Assembly: GCA_965644495.1 (NCBI GenBank)
Contig: CBFFSA010000002.1
Location: forward strand, 868,001-932,000
Reading direction: 5' to 3'
Origin: Perkinsela sp. CCAP 1560/9
Lineage: Eukaryota; Protista; Euglenozoa: Kinetoplastea
Length of the DNA stretch: 64,000 nt
In this document: positions 34,684 to 45,902 of the stretch, piece by piece
Numbering within the stretch: position 1 is the first letter of the stretch
How the letters are laid out: each line of letters opens with the position of its first letter
Notes under the pieces: generated by a model
The model's input: only the letters and a program-made list of their open reading frames with translations
Told to the model about the DNA's origin: nothing
Database searches by the model: none
Made by a program: the position numbers and the translations under genes

Positions 34684-37600
34684 ATGCCCTCCACCCACCC
34701 CCCTTCTCCTCCCCCCGTCCCCCTCCCCCACAACCCCTCCCCCCCTCCCCCCCACTACACCCTTCCCACCACCTCCACCCACACCCGAACCCGATCCGCC
34801 TCCTCCTCCCGTCCCACAACCACAACCACCACCTCATCACACCGTCCCTCCCGTCCCCTATCCTCTCGTGTCGTCCCAACTCCCCCCACCACAAAACCCA
34901 CCAACCACACCGTCACCTCGACCTCACGGGCAGCAGCAACCACCACAGCAGCAACCACCACAGCAACCACCACCACAGCAGCAACCACCACCACAGCAGC
35001 AACCACCACAGCAGCAACCACCACCACAGCAGCCACCACCACCACAGCAGCAACCACCACCCTACCCCCTTCCCACCCCCCTCACTCTCTCTCCTCTTCC
35101 TCCGTCCCTCCCCTCTTCCCCTCCCCCCCCCTCGCCCCCGACCCCCTCCCCACGGCCTACGACCGCAACACCGCCGCCCACCCCCGCCCCCCGGGCTTCA
35201 CCCCCAGCACCCTCCTCTTCGTCCGCCGCCACGCCCCCCGCCCCCCCCACGAGCTCCCCGCCGCGGCCTACTTCACCGGCACGGGGGTCGTCGACACCCG
35301 CCCCGCCGTCCACGCCAGGGCCATGGCCCTTGTCGGGGACGTCGTGTGGGTCGCGGACCGCACCGGGGCCCTGCGCCTGTACGACTTCGCCACCGGCAAC
35401 CCCCTCCGCACCACCCCGGGGAAGCGCAGCATGTTCGTGCTGTGCCTGCTGGAGGTGGGGGTCCACGTGTGGGCGGGGTTCGCGGACGGCATGGTGCGGG
35501 TGTTCGACCGGAACACGCTGGGGGTGCTGAAGGAGACCCGGGAGCACGCCGAGGGAGGGGGGGTGCAGGTGATGTGCCACGCGCTGCGGGGGAGGTGTGT
35601 GTTTACGGGGAGTTTGGATTTTTTGATCACCATGTGGGATGCGGTGTCGTGTGAGCGGATGAGGATTTTGCAGGGGCATCGGGGGGCGGTGCGCGCGTTG
35701 CAGGTTCACGGGAATGTGCTGTACAGTGGCGGGGATGACTGTAGTATTAAGCTCTGGGATCTGTTCTCCGGGTCCTGTTGTGGGAACTGGGAAGGACATC
35801 GAGGGGCAGTGCGTGCGCTGCTCGGGAGTGGCTCCCAGCTCTGGTCCGCGAGTGAGGATGGTACGGTGCGTATTTGGGATATTGCCACCCCGGATACAGG
35901 CTCCCGCGGAGGGTGTTGTGTGCATCGCATACAGGACCCTCACACGGGGCCTGTGACAGCTCTGCTGCTGGTCGGAAGCAAGGTGTGGAGCGTGTGTCTC
36001 GCGACGGTGTTTTTGTGGGATCTGCGCACGTTTGAGCTCCAAGGCCAGTTTTGCGCCCACACCGGGTATGTCACCGTCTCCGCGGTGATTCACCAAAGTG
36101 TGTGTAGTCGGCTGTGGACCTGTGCGGCCGATGGGGAGCTTAAGGTGTGGAATGCAGAGAGTGCCTGGGGTGGAGCATTGCACGCTGCCACAGACCAACA
36201 TGCTCAGGAGACGGAGCTTCAGCTGGAGCAGAGTTTAGCGCAGTGCGTGGCAATGCGCGACCGTGCAGGGGAACTCGGGACCGAGCTGCAACGCGTGCGC
36301 ACACAGCACGCAGCGTCAGTGGAGGCCGGTCGCCTGTTAGAGAAGGAAAGGAATGCGGCACTGGAAAAGGCAAATACTTTTCATCAAGAATTGACACTGT
36401 TGGGGGGCTTGGAGCAAAAGTCCTCGGAAGCGTTTCAAAAGAAGGAGAACGAATGTAAAAGTTTACAACAGCATTTGGACCGACAACAAAAGGAATTGAA
36501 AAGGTTTCAAAGGGGAGAATTGGTTTTTTCGGAGCATTCTACGCGGTGTTTTCTTGAACAAGAGGAGCAGCGAGCAATGCGTCTCTGTTGGGAAGACTGG
36601 AATAACGGGCTATTGAAAAAATTATGTGATGATCAAAAATTTCACGATGCCTACGTTCGATCTGTTGAAAAGGTTAGACAACATTTGGAAGACGAAAAGC
36701 ACATGAATAAGGAACTGCACAATGTCTGTGAAACGGCGCGTTGCGAAAATACTGAACTTTTAGCAAAGGTAGCGGATGCAGAGCACTCTATTGTCATAAT
36801 GAAAGGTCACAAGGAGGAATGTGAAGGGGTACGTGCCGATTTGAAAAACGTTGAAAAACAATTAGAGGAAAAAAACGTTGAGGCTACCCATTTCAAACAC
36901 GAATGTGAGATCTTTACTATTGAAAGGCATGAGCTTACAGATGCTATACGGAATCTAAAAAATGTTTTGGGCGAGAAACAGAGACTTTTAGATCAGCAAG
37001 AGGCTACAACATCCTCTTTTCTAAAATTAAAAATAGAGCACGGAGAGCAGGCTAGACTCTTCGATAAAACTTTAAAAGAAAATGAGGCATTGCGTGCTGA
37101 AAATACAACACTCCAAACTAAGGCAACAGATTTGCAAGAACTCACAATGACTACGAAGCAAGAATACGATGTAGAGCGGGAAATGTCTCATTCAAAGTTG
37201 ATGGAGTTAAAAAAAGATAATTGTACACTATCGGACACGAAGGGAGTTTTGCAATCGAGAATTAACAATCTTATTGAAGAAAATGAAGAGCAACGCACAT
37301 GTATTGAAGCACTCATGCACACAATCGATGAAGATAAAAAAGAACTCATTGCCCTGAATATAACGAAAGAATCTCAAGATGAAGCTTTGTCAACCGTTTC
37401 AAAAATCGCTGTGCAATATGTTTCTGAAATAAACTCTGGCCGAGATTCCGTTTCCAGTCGCACATTCGATGAGACTGAAGAGCCTTCCGAAGAACAAACG
37501 AAAACAAAGGAAAAGAAAAACAATTTTGGGGACATTGCGATACAACGTGTCACAGAGCTTGTTTCATCCCTATACCTGAGGGGAAACAGCGGCGGCCATG

Positions 37601-40536
37601 CACAAATTTCTCTTTCCCGAAAGAATATCTCGTCCACATCTGTCTCTATTCCTGATGATACAAATAGAATGGATCCCCTTCATACGAAAATTGATACGAT
37701 GGAGACAGACGAACACACGCTTAATGAGTATGGCGCGCCTATAACTGTTGAAGCTATAAAAAACGAACCGAGTGTCTTCGTGACTGAACAGCAACAATCC
37801 ATTCTACCCAATGCGCGCATTTTCACGCAGGGCAGTATTGTTCCACAGTCAGAAATTATGTGTTCTTATCGATTCGAATCAATCTACGACAAACCTCCAA
37901 CACTTGTTTCACAGTCACATGATGGTCTGAAGGCTATATTCAAGCGTGAGAGGCACTTTGATGAATCTCCAATGGATACAAATAGATCTGAACCATCCAC
38001 ATCAAAGCTTACGCATCGAACCTTTCGTCGCGTACGAAAGACGAATGTTACGTCCCTACCCGATTCAAAGGAATCACCCTCCTTGATAATCTCGGATCCC
38101 GGTTCCGAGAACACGAACATTTCAAATGTGCAGCTGCAGGAGAATTCATCGACGAATGCGTCGATTCACGCTTCCTTACTTCAGATTCAAAATCTTCAGC
38201 ACCTACTTTGCTTTGGCCTAAAGCTATGCCACGCCGAAAATAACTCTCTTTCCACATGTATTGATGCAGCGACACAAGAGGGTATGAATTCGTTGCATCA
38301 CTTGACAAAAGCACTACAGGAAGTCTTACATCCAGCTGCTACATCTTCATTACCTTTACAGTCTATTCACTCCCCTTCCGAGCTTCAGCTGCACCTTTCC
38401 GACTCCATTGACATACCAAAACAAGATTTGGAAGACGCGGAGGAACGTCTGGAACGTTTGAGCGCGGAGAACCAAAAACTTATCCGAACCTTAGAACAAC
38501 ACCGAAAGGAGTGGCGCGAAGTCTCTACCCAACGTGGCAGCGAGTCTGCTTATCTTGCACCCCAACCTAAGATTGTCTCCGAGTTGTACAAAGAAATAGA
38601 AAATCTTCGTGCGCAATGCACATCCATTGAATCATTCCTAGAAGGCACAATGAACGGAGCAACACGAAAGCTCCGCGAGGCAGAGGCTCGAGAGCGACAG
38701 TTTTGTCAGCAATTAGAAGCGGCACGCCCGAGATCAGTTTCCACAACGGAAGAGAACAGAAAATTACCATCTCCTTCGCTTGTGCCTACACAAATCGAGA
38801 CTCTCTTCTCGTCGCCTCCTGACGCTTCTCAGGGCGTTGCCCTCCCCTCTGGCTTTGACTCCGTCTCCTTCACGGGTGGGAAGTGGGAAGAGCTCCTCTC
38901 TCAAGATACTTCCTACACTTTATTGCGTGCCTTGCTAAAGGATACCGCACTACGCACCGCACACGCCAGAGAGAAGGCTACCCAAGCGGAGAATGACGTT
39001 TTGCGTACCCAACTTTCCTTGTTGGAACATTCTCACGTCAGTTCTGACGTTTCCTCTGTGTGTTTAAATGCCGCGGGCCGATGCAGACTTGTGCGAAATT
39101 GCATGTATGACCTGACACCCCATGAGGAGAGTGAAGAAAACCTTCCCGGCTCTCCTGAGTTTATCTCTCGCGACTTGGGATTCACCACACCCGATGAGGC
39201 TCTCTCTGAAAGCATGAAGAAAACAAATAAAATTCGTTCCTTAGCTACGCCCTCTAAAATGGAATGGGTCTCCCAGCCTGCTGCTGTCCCCTCTCTTGGG
39301 GGAAAAACCACCCACATTTCGACTCCTCTTAAATCGCTTCACGAAAGCGATACTCACCGCGTGCTCCCGATGCTACCTGAGGCCCAAACAAGTCACGTTC
39401 CCACCCCTAACAAACGATTTGCTACCCGACGTGCTCCCACGCGGCCCGATCTTACCCCCTCCGTGTTACAGCAACAACTCTCCGAGCTTCGGAAGGAGAA
39501 TCAACGGCTAGCACAGGAAATCGACACCCACCGAGCCGCACATGACGCGCAGCTCGCGGAACACAAACAAGCCCTGGAGCACAGCTACGAGCAACGTATT
39601 CAGTTTGTGGAGGAGCATAAAAAGGAGGAAGTTGCTGCGCTGCATAACCTCGTGTCACAGCTGGAGAAGGATTTGACCGCTCAGCGCGTGGGGTCTGAGG
39701 CGACGGCTCAGCTCGTGTCTCGCATCTCACGGATAGAACGTGAACTGCAGATTGAGCGATTTAAAGCGAGTCCAGAGGTTATCGGGGAGGTCAAGATAAC
39801 GCATGGGGAACCACATCATAGCAAAGGGAATACGGCTGCACAATCTACTCAATCATCCAACACGAAACTTTTACCCGCCAATACGGCACATATACAGACG
39901 TTCTATCAGAATCGCGAGGCAAAGTATCAAACTCTGCTGGAGCTAAACCGTGAGTTAGTGTCGCAGCAGCAAGTACAACTCCATCAGACCTCCTTGGAGA
40001 AGACGACAAAACCTTCCCCCGCACACGCTCGCACAGCGCTCTCCAGCACAATGACCGAAACGTTGACCATGGTGAAAAAACTTCGCGCGCTGGTGTACTA
40101 CTTTGAGACCCGCCCCGCTTTGCTGCGTTCAATCTACGAGATTCACCAAAGTCTACGAATGCTTCCGAAGTCGCTACACGCTTTTGCACGCGTCGCCGGA
40201 GTTCGCCCTTTGAGCCGCACCGAGGCACTTTCCCAGATTCAGGAGTTCCAGACTCAGGTGGAAGGAATTCGCCAGGGCTCCTGCTGGGTTCTTGGGAATC
40301 TCTTCACGTCGTACGAGTTGCAGCACATTGGCGCCTCCCCGGCTGTATTTCAGCCACAAGGGTTGCGCCCGACGTGGCGGGATATTACCCTCCCGGAGCG
40401 AGTATCGCGTATGGTGCATCAATCGGTGCTACCCATCGCGCAGTCGGCATCTCAGGCGCACATCTCGGCTCGGAGTGAGCGCAGTGTCAGTACTCAAAGT
40501 GTCCGTAGTCGATCTCACTCGAGTGCGAGGAGATAG
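34684..40536 (+). CDS. WD40-repeat plus long coiled-coil protein
   Basis: GHRGAVRAL...LYSGGDDCSIKLWD, SASEDGTVRIWD, CAADGELKVWN, followed by extended E/K/Q-rich coiled coils. Thr/Ala microsatellite near the N-terminus. Confidence 0.85.
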   Translation: MPSTHPPSPPPVPLPHNPSPPPPHYTLPTTSTHTRTRSASSSRPTTTTTTSSHRPSRPLSSRVVPTPPTTKPTNHTVTSTSRAAATTTAATTTATTTTAATTTTAATTTAATTTTAATTTTAATTTLPPSHPPHSLSSSSVPPLFPSPPLAPDPLPTAYDRNTAAHPRPPGFTPSTLLFVRRHAPRPPHELPAAAYFTGTGVVDTRPAVHARAMALVGDVVWVADRTGALRLYDFATGNPLRTTPGKRSMFVLCLLEVGVHVWAGFADGMVRVFDRNTLGVLKETREHAEGGGVQVMCHALRGRCVFTGSLDFLITMWDAVSCERMRILQGHRGAVRALQVHGNVLYSGGDDCSIKLWDLFSGSCCGNWEGHRGAVRALLGSGSQLWSASEDGTVRIWDIATPDTGSRGGCCVHRIQDPHTGPVTALLLVGSKVWSVCLATVFLWDLRTFELQGQFCAHTGYVTVSAVIHQSVCSRLWTCAADGELKVWNAESAWGGALHAATDQHAQETELQLEQSLAQCVAMRDRAGELGTELQRVRTQHAASVEAGRLLEKERNAALEKANTFHQELTLLGGLEQKSSEAFQKKENECKSLQQHLDRQQKELKRFQRGELVFSEHSTRCFLEQEEQRAMRLCWEDWNNGLLKKLCDDQKFHDAYVRSVEKVRQHLEDEKHMNKELHNVCETARCENTELLAKVADAEHSIVIMKGHKEECEGVRADLKNVEKQLEEKNVEATHFKHECEIFTIERHELTDAIRNLKNVLGEKQRLLDQQEATTSSFLKLKIEHGEQARLFDKTLKENEALRAENTTLQTKATDLQELTMTTKQEYDVEREMSHSKLMELKKDNCTLSDTKGVLQSRINNLIEENEEQRTCIEALMHTIDEDKKELIALNITKESQDEALSTVSKIAVQYVSEINSGRDSVSSRTFDETEEPSEEQTKTKEKKNNFGDIAIQRVTELVSSLYLRGNSGGHAQISLSRKNISSTSVSIPDDTNRMDPLHTKIDTMETDEHTLNEYGAPITVEAIKNEPSVFVTEQQQSILPNARIFTQGSIVPQSEIMCSYRFESIYDKPPTLVSQSHDGLKAIFKRERHFDESPMDTNRSEPSTSKLTHRTFRRVRKTNVTSLPDSKESPSLIISDPGSENTNISNVQLQENSSTNASIHASLLQIQNLQHLLCFGLKLCHAENNSLSTCIDAATQEGMNSLHHLTKALQEVLHPAATSSLPLQSIHSPSELQLHLSDSIDIPKQDLEDAEERLERLSAENQKLIRTLEQHRKEWREVSTQRGSESAYLAPQPKIVSELYKEIENLRAQCTSIESFLEGTMNGATRKLREAEARERQFCQQLEAARPRSVSTTEENRKLPSPSLVPTQIETLFSSPPDASQGVALPSGFDSVSFTGGKWEELLSQDTSYTLLRALLKDTALRTAHAREKATQAENDVLRTQLSLLEHSHVSSDVSSVCLNAAGRCRLVRNCMYDLTPHEESEENLPGSPEFISRDLGFTTPDEALSESMKKTNKIRSLATPSKMEWVSQPAAVPSLGGKTTHISTPLKSLHESDTHRVLPMLPEAQTSHVPTPNKRFATRRAPTRPDLTPSVLQQQLSELRKENQRLAQEIDTHRAAHDAQLAEHKQALEHSYEQRIQFVEEHKKEEVAALHNLVSQLEKDLTAQRVGSEATAQLVSRISRIERELQIERFKASPEVIGEVKITHGEPHHSKGNTAAQSTQSSNTKLLPANTAHIQTFYQNREAKYQTLLELNRELVSQQQVQLHQTSLEKTTKPSPAHARTALSSTMTETLTMVKKLRALVYYFETRPALLRSIYEIHQSLRMLPKSLHAFARVAGVRPLSRTEALSQIQEFQTQVEGIRQGSCWVLGNLFTSYELQHIGASPAVFQPQGLRPTWRDITLPERVSRMVHQSVLPIAQSASQAHISARSERSVSTQSVRSRSHSSARR

Positions 40537-40913
40537 AGGCTGCTTGGGCTTCGTATTTTTTGGGTCGCTTTTCATAATGTTCTAGCAATACGTTTTTAGC
40601 AATAGATACACATGTAGACAAGGAATAGAATAACTTTTTAGAGGCACATATTTTCCTGTGCCGTGTAGGGTCTTACTTGCGTAGAGGTCTCTTGTGATAT
40701 ATTACGTGGTGGTCTATCGTATAGAGTTTTACTGAATCACGTATTTGAGAAAACATGAAGTGGTACGGTTTTTTTTGACCCCCTCCATCTATTAGCGTTG
40801 CTTTTTAGCAAGATCTGGCAACGCTAAGAGGGAAGGATGCCTCTCTTTCTTAACCTCTTCCTCCATCTTCATCTCTCGTTCTACTTATTTTTTTGTAAAA
40901 TACCGCCTATCTA

Positions 40914-41672
40914 ATGCCCCTCCTTGTACGCAGCTCTGATCGCCCTCCCCGACGCTCCGCTCCCAGCCGTGTTGATCGAACGCTCCTCCCCATGGAGATA
41001 CGTCTCGAGGCCCTCATCGCTCCTCTACAAACCCCCCACCCTAGCTGGAAATCAACCACCTCCAAGCTATTCTTTGGCACAGTCCCTGTTTCGATCTGCA
41101 CATGGCATGGTGTGGTTTGTGAATCCGATAAAACCCCGGTCTCCATGGATTGGAGCTTTCTGCAGCTCCAGGGGAACCTCTCTTTGGGTTACCTCCCGCT
41201 GAGCATTCATACACTGTATCTCATGGGAAACGAGCACCTCACCGGGGATATTCCTTGCGCGCAGCTCCCGCCCTCGCTACGGCATCTCGAGGCGGATAAG
41301 TGTGCATTCGTGGGAGAGCTCGATTTGTCGTGTCTTCCACAGTCCTTGGTGAATTTCTCCGTGGAGTGTAATTACCTCTCCGGCACGGTGGTGTTGTCCC
41401 ACCTACCTGTCTCGCTTCGAAGGCTAGTGTTACGAAACAACGAGTTTCACGGTCCCATCTCCCTCGCCCATCTGCCCCCGCACCTTGAGGTTCTCCGTCT
41501 GGACACGAATCACTTCAATGGAGTGGTTGATTTGACTCCACTATTCCGTCGGGGGGCGGTGCGACGGCTTATTTATCTTCACCAGAACAACTTTGCGGGA
41601 TACACCCCAGAACTAGAAGAGCTTCCGGAAGGGGTGTGTTGGAAACCTCAGACGGTGTCCATGTGTACTTGA
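40914..41672 (+). CDS. LRR protein (last gene of the + strand cluster)
   Basis: SRVDRTLLPMEIRL leader, CTWHGVVC cap, LP-type LRRs. Confidence 0.87.
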   Translation: MPLLVRSSDRPPRRSAPSRVDRTLLPMEIRLEALIAPLQTPHPSWKSTTSKLFFGTVPVSICTWHGVVCESDKTPVSMDWSFLQLQGNLSLGYLPLSIHTLYLMGNEHLTGDIPCAQLPPSLRHLEADKCAFVGELDLSCLPQSLVNFSVECNYLSGTVVLSHLPVSLRRLVLRNNEFHGPISLAHLPPHLEVLRLDTNHFNGVVDLTPLFRRGAVRRLIYLHQNNFAGYTPELEELPEGVCWKPQTVSMCT

Positions 41673-41703
41673 CCTACAGTGTGGTCATACAAACTAGTTT
41701 AAA

Positions 41704-41742
41704 TTGAGGGAGATACTACCCCCTCGCTACCGTATATTAATT
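41704..41742 (+). mobile_element. 5' terminus of a family-Y Helentron-like element (3' end not located)
   Basis: TT-GAGGGAGATACTA-C-CCCCTC-GCTACCGTA, nearly the same as at 47630 and 49411. Confidence 0.65.
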
Positions 41743-42293
41743 CACACCCTGGGGGTAAGTGGACTTATTGTTGATGAAAGTAATCAAAGGTGCTATTGCA
41801 ATAAACTAGCTTTTTGTCAAGTCTTCAACTGTTATACCTTATCCTTGATGATGATGAACTGGGCCGTTTGACTCCGAAGAGTTATGGGCCCTCGACTCTC
41901 CAAGTGGGAAGGTCCGATAAATCGGTCGAAGTCAGCCACAGCAAGCTGTGACTGGCGCTCCACTTGGAGAGGAGAAGTTCTTCCCGTAGGGAATCCAATG
42001 AACAAAGCTCGGATAGGTGGGGTTCGCTACTCCCCAACGTGGCTCAAGAAAGTTGAACCACGACCCTGCCTAATATTTTGGCTGTGCATGGATTTTACCC
42101 TAGTTTCTTGGCGTCTTTTTTTGTTGACACCGGGTAACTCCATGCGCGGGAAATACCTCTGCCCTAGTTGTTTAGCACTTTGTTGTGTCGGTGTCGGGCA
42201 GTTTCTTTCCGCGATATTCCTCACACCCTAGTTCTGTAGCGCCTTGTTTTATTGGCGCCGGGTGCGGGAATAAAAGGGCGGGAGGTAACACAA

Positions 42294-42500
42294 GGGGCGG
42301 CACAGAGAGCGCAAGAGAGGGCGGCACAGGGGGCGACGCAGGGAGCGGAAGAGAGGGCGGCACGGGGAGCGGCACAGGGGGGGGAATGTTAAAAAACGCA
42401 TGTCCCATGGCGACGTTTTAGACGGATATAGGCCACTGTGCAAGTTTACCCTCCCTGTGGGTGCCACAGGATGGCACGAAATGGCACAGGATGGCACGAC
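42294..42500. repeat. GGGCGGCACAG-type minisatellite and TGGCACAGGA repeats (the latter also at about 43330-43385)
   Basis: Visible tandem units. Confidence 0.6.
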
Positions 42501-43834
42501 GAGTCTAGTTTTAGGAATCTTCATCCTCCTAAGTAGCATTTTAAATTGGAGTAAATTTTCGGATGCTCTTTTGCACTGTAGTTTTGCATATTGTCTGATA
42601 ATTCATAATTTGGGGGTGTATTTACGTCACGAGTGTGGAGTTAAGTAAGCACAATCTTCCAGCTACCCTAATCTTCTCTTGCGAAAAAAGCGCGGTCGTA
42701 GTGATGATGACCATTTCTACTTAGACCATTTCATTGTTTATGATAAGAATTGTACGGAAAGAACGGCTTCTTCTGATTCTCTTCACCTCACTATCCTCGA
42801 GTCATGAACTCATTTGAACTTATGGGAGAGAAGTAACGTAATATAAAAAAACGTTAACCACCGCGTTTAATGGAGCGACTACAAACTTGTACTGATAGTT
42901 GTTCCTGCTTATGAGTTCCCCCAATTCTGGTGCGCTTATGAGTTCCTTTTTCTAAGGCGAATGTTTTTGTACCCACTTTTCGCGAAGCGATCTTTTTTTT
43001 GCACAGAACCCCAATTCATAAAAATCCCAACAATCGTACGTCAGACTGCTCTACAGACTCGCTCACTGAGCGGATAATCATTTTACCGCCAGCATTATTG
43101 TCAAGGAGAACCCGCGGCGCTTCGCGCCGCGGGCCCGAATTTTCGCTTTTTTATGGCTCGAATTCAAGTCTGGTACGCTTATGAGCTCCTTTTTCTCAAA
43201 ACCGGGGAACTCATAAGCAGGAGGGGTATAGTGCTTGGAACCACCCCGCCTCTTCTTGTAAACGGGTACCAAGATCCACATGAAGGCGAGCGCCAAAGGT
43301 GGTCATTGTGCCAAAAAAAATCGCTTTGGATGGCACAGGATGGCACGAAATGGCACAGGATAGCACCGAATGGCACAGGATAACTGCATAGTGTCCATAC
43401 AGGAAGGGATATGTCAGTACATGGTGCGAGGAGAAACACAGGGGGGAAGACCGAGTACATGCACTTGCCCAGAGGGAAGACTGAAGCAATCGCTGCAAAC
43501 ACCAGTACTTCATTCTTATGAACGAAGTAAGGGTGAACGAAACCGATGAAATTCCGAAAAATGAAACTTTTTTGACGTCGGAACTTAGGTGTTGAGGATA
43601 AACTAGGTAAGCGAAAGCATGTAAAATGGGTGAAAAAACGTTGCAAAGGCACCAGAATATGAATCTGGAGTGAAGAGATGAAAACTATAAAAAAATCAAA
43701 AAAATCGATTTTGGGGTACATTTTCGATGGCATTAATACGAAATATTTTTTCGAATTTTTTGCTTTTCGAAATCGAGTGCAGGGAACTGGTAGAGTAGGC
43801 CGCGGCGATAATTTTCCACCCCCCCCCCCACCTT

Positions 43835-45304
43835 CTAGTGAGAGTCCTTCTAGTGCTTTCAATAGTTTATTGAAATGGTTCTGTAAAATAGCTTCAGTGA
43901 GAGGAGTTTCTTCAGACAAGGAATACCACTGCGAAAAAAATTCTATGCACTCGTTCGCAGTCGTGTCGTACGGGCATACAAGGTCCTCGAGAGCTTTCCC
44001 CAAGTACTTTCCTTTCTTGGCGCTAGGTTTTCCTCCCGAATAAAACAGGTCCGCGAAAGAGTCGCGGAGTTGCATAAAAGGACGTTGACGATAGTGAGCA
44101 AGCGCATCACGAGCAACTAAATTTACTAGGTGACCGAAGCAAGAAAGCTCACGAACGCATGGAACAACAGAACGCACCCCGTTACACAAATGCTCTTTGT
44201 CTGAAGAGTACCTACTTCTTCGTACCGCTCATAAAATTGTTTAAGTGCTTCTTCTGTGGCGGCACGTGCAACATGATTAACTGCGCATCCGTCGACCATC
44301 AAGTACCGCAGCTTTAAGACATCGTCTCCCAAACCTCCTCGTAACATAGTCATAAGGTGTGCAGACATTTCAGCTCCACTAAAGGCCTTTTTTCGCTTAT
44401 GATATACAAGTGGCAACACAAACGAACTTTCTCCGACGTACATTACGCTTACAACTATGTGTTGATGTTTGACATTGTTTATTCCCCCGTCTACAGCTAG
44501 TCCAAAAAATGAGTGCTGCTTCACGGTTGCACGAATCGTTTCCCAAAGTTTACTAGCAACAATTTTTTCCTTCACATGAAAAGTCTTCGGGCAAGGCAAA
44601 TGAGGCAGTATTTCTGCTGGTGGACTGTTTGGACGTATTTCTTCATATGATCGTACGAACGAAAGGAAGGCCCCCGTTGACATGCTGCTCTTAGCGGCCA
44701 AGCATGGGAGGCCTTCATTTATGAAATCAACGCATTTGACAACGTTCGACTGGGTATCCTGCTGTTCTCGGTTATGAAGCACTTTACAGCGTTCGTTCTT
44801 GTGCACATAATAAGTCTGTGTGCAACGGCTGTGAAAAACAGCGCCACAGTACAAACAGATTGCATGACGTCGTTGGTTTGCTGCGTCTTGCAGGTATGTC
44901 CCAATGTCGGTGCGTGTTTCAAGTTCTTTCTGGCACGCGCTGGTAGAATCATTTTCGTTTTCAGAATTAGAGAAATTGCAAAGCTCGTACTTAAAAAACG
45001 AGGATAGCTCTCCGCACCTCAAAGAATCATCCACATTTCCCGTACGTGCTCGTGTTAATTGTCGTGAATTCGGAGTTAACAATCCTGAAGTAGTTACTGC
45101 GGCCTGTGTTGGAGATTCATTCAAACGCTGCCCCAGTGCCCTCGACAATTCCCTGCGCACACGCGCTGAAGGATCAGAACGCTGCTCTTGGGTGACTCTT
45201 GGGGATTCAGGTTCTCCACCCACATCAACAGATTCGCCTCCTCCAGCCACCGATTCAGATTCTCTACTTTTCCGCACGCGCTTCCCCGTACCGCGCCGCA
45301 TCAT
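43835..45304 (-). pseudogene. hAT-superfamily transposase remnant (frameshifted near 44190, 3' truncated)
   Basis: BED-like AICLYC...H..RC, FFGLAVDG, YLMVDGCAVN, and SCFGHLVNLVARDAL (hAT CxxH). Cut off by a family-X-related fragment near 43710-43830. Confidence 0.75.
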
Positions 45305-45499
45305 GACTGAACAATGGAGAGAGTAGAATTTACAAGACTATTGTCATTTCGACCATGAAATACATATATACAACTGTATGTACAACTACAAGGCGGGATA
45401 TAGAATTGGTGATACTCACACTAAATTTTTGGACTAGCAGATAATTACACTGAACAATGTAGTAATCGGTAGTAATTTACCACATCGAATACTCCAGGG

Positions 45500-45612
45500 C
45501 ATGTAAATCCGACATTTGCGTGCGGGAAATCACTCGTAGGTATGAATGAAAGCCTACCGAACGTATTGGGTAGAGAATACGACTCCAACCGCACCATTCT
45601 TTCAACACGAAA
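45500..45612. repeat. Internal fragment of family X
   Basis: Matches about 4617-4725 (GAAAGCCTACCGAACGTATTGGGTAGAGAAT). Confidence 0.75.
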
Positions 45613-45840
45613 AGGCCTTCTTCTCCTAGGGGAAAAGGTCATGATGACACAAATGGCGAAAAGCTTGGGTCCGAGCAAAGCTTCTCGCGAATGGGAAAGA
45701 GTTCATGGTACGTTTCACTCAATTTTCTTTGTGAAATGAGTGACTAAATGAAACTTTTCTTCAATGGGCGTGTTTTTTTAGCAAACAGTAAGAATTGGCA
45801 AAGTTTGGTAAAAAAGTGAACATATGTTGTGGCAACATAC

Positions 45841-45899
45841 GTTGTGTCAACAAAAGTCGTGTTAATCCCAGAAATTAACACGACTTTTGTTGACACAAC
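45841..45899. repeat. Perfect 26-bp-stem hairpin
   Basis: GTTGTGTCAACAAAAGTCGTGTTAAT-cccagaa-ATTAACACGACTTTTGTTGACACAAC. Confidence 0.9.
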
Positions 45900-45902
45900 T
45901 TA

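Noticed and set aside
34446-36201. Overlapping Pro/His/Gln-rich alternative-frame and antisense ORFs (also at 1.1-2.6, 6.4-7.4, 18.2-18.9, 24 and 29.5-32 kb)
   Set aside because: Shadow ORFs caused by extreme C/G skew and low stop frequency.
41895-41972. Hammerhead ribozyme
   Set aside because: A three-way junction is present, but CUGANGA and GAAA cores are missing on both strands.
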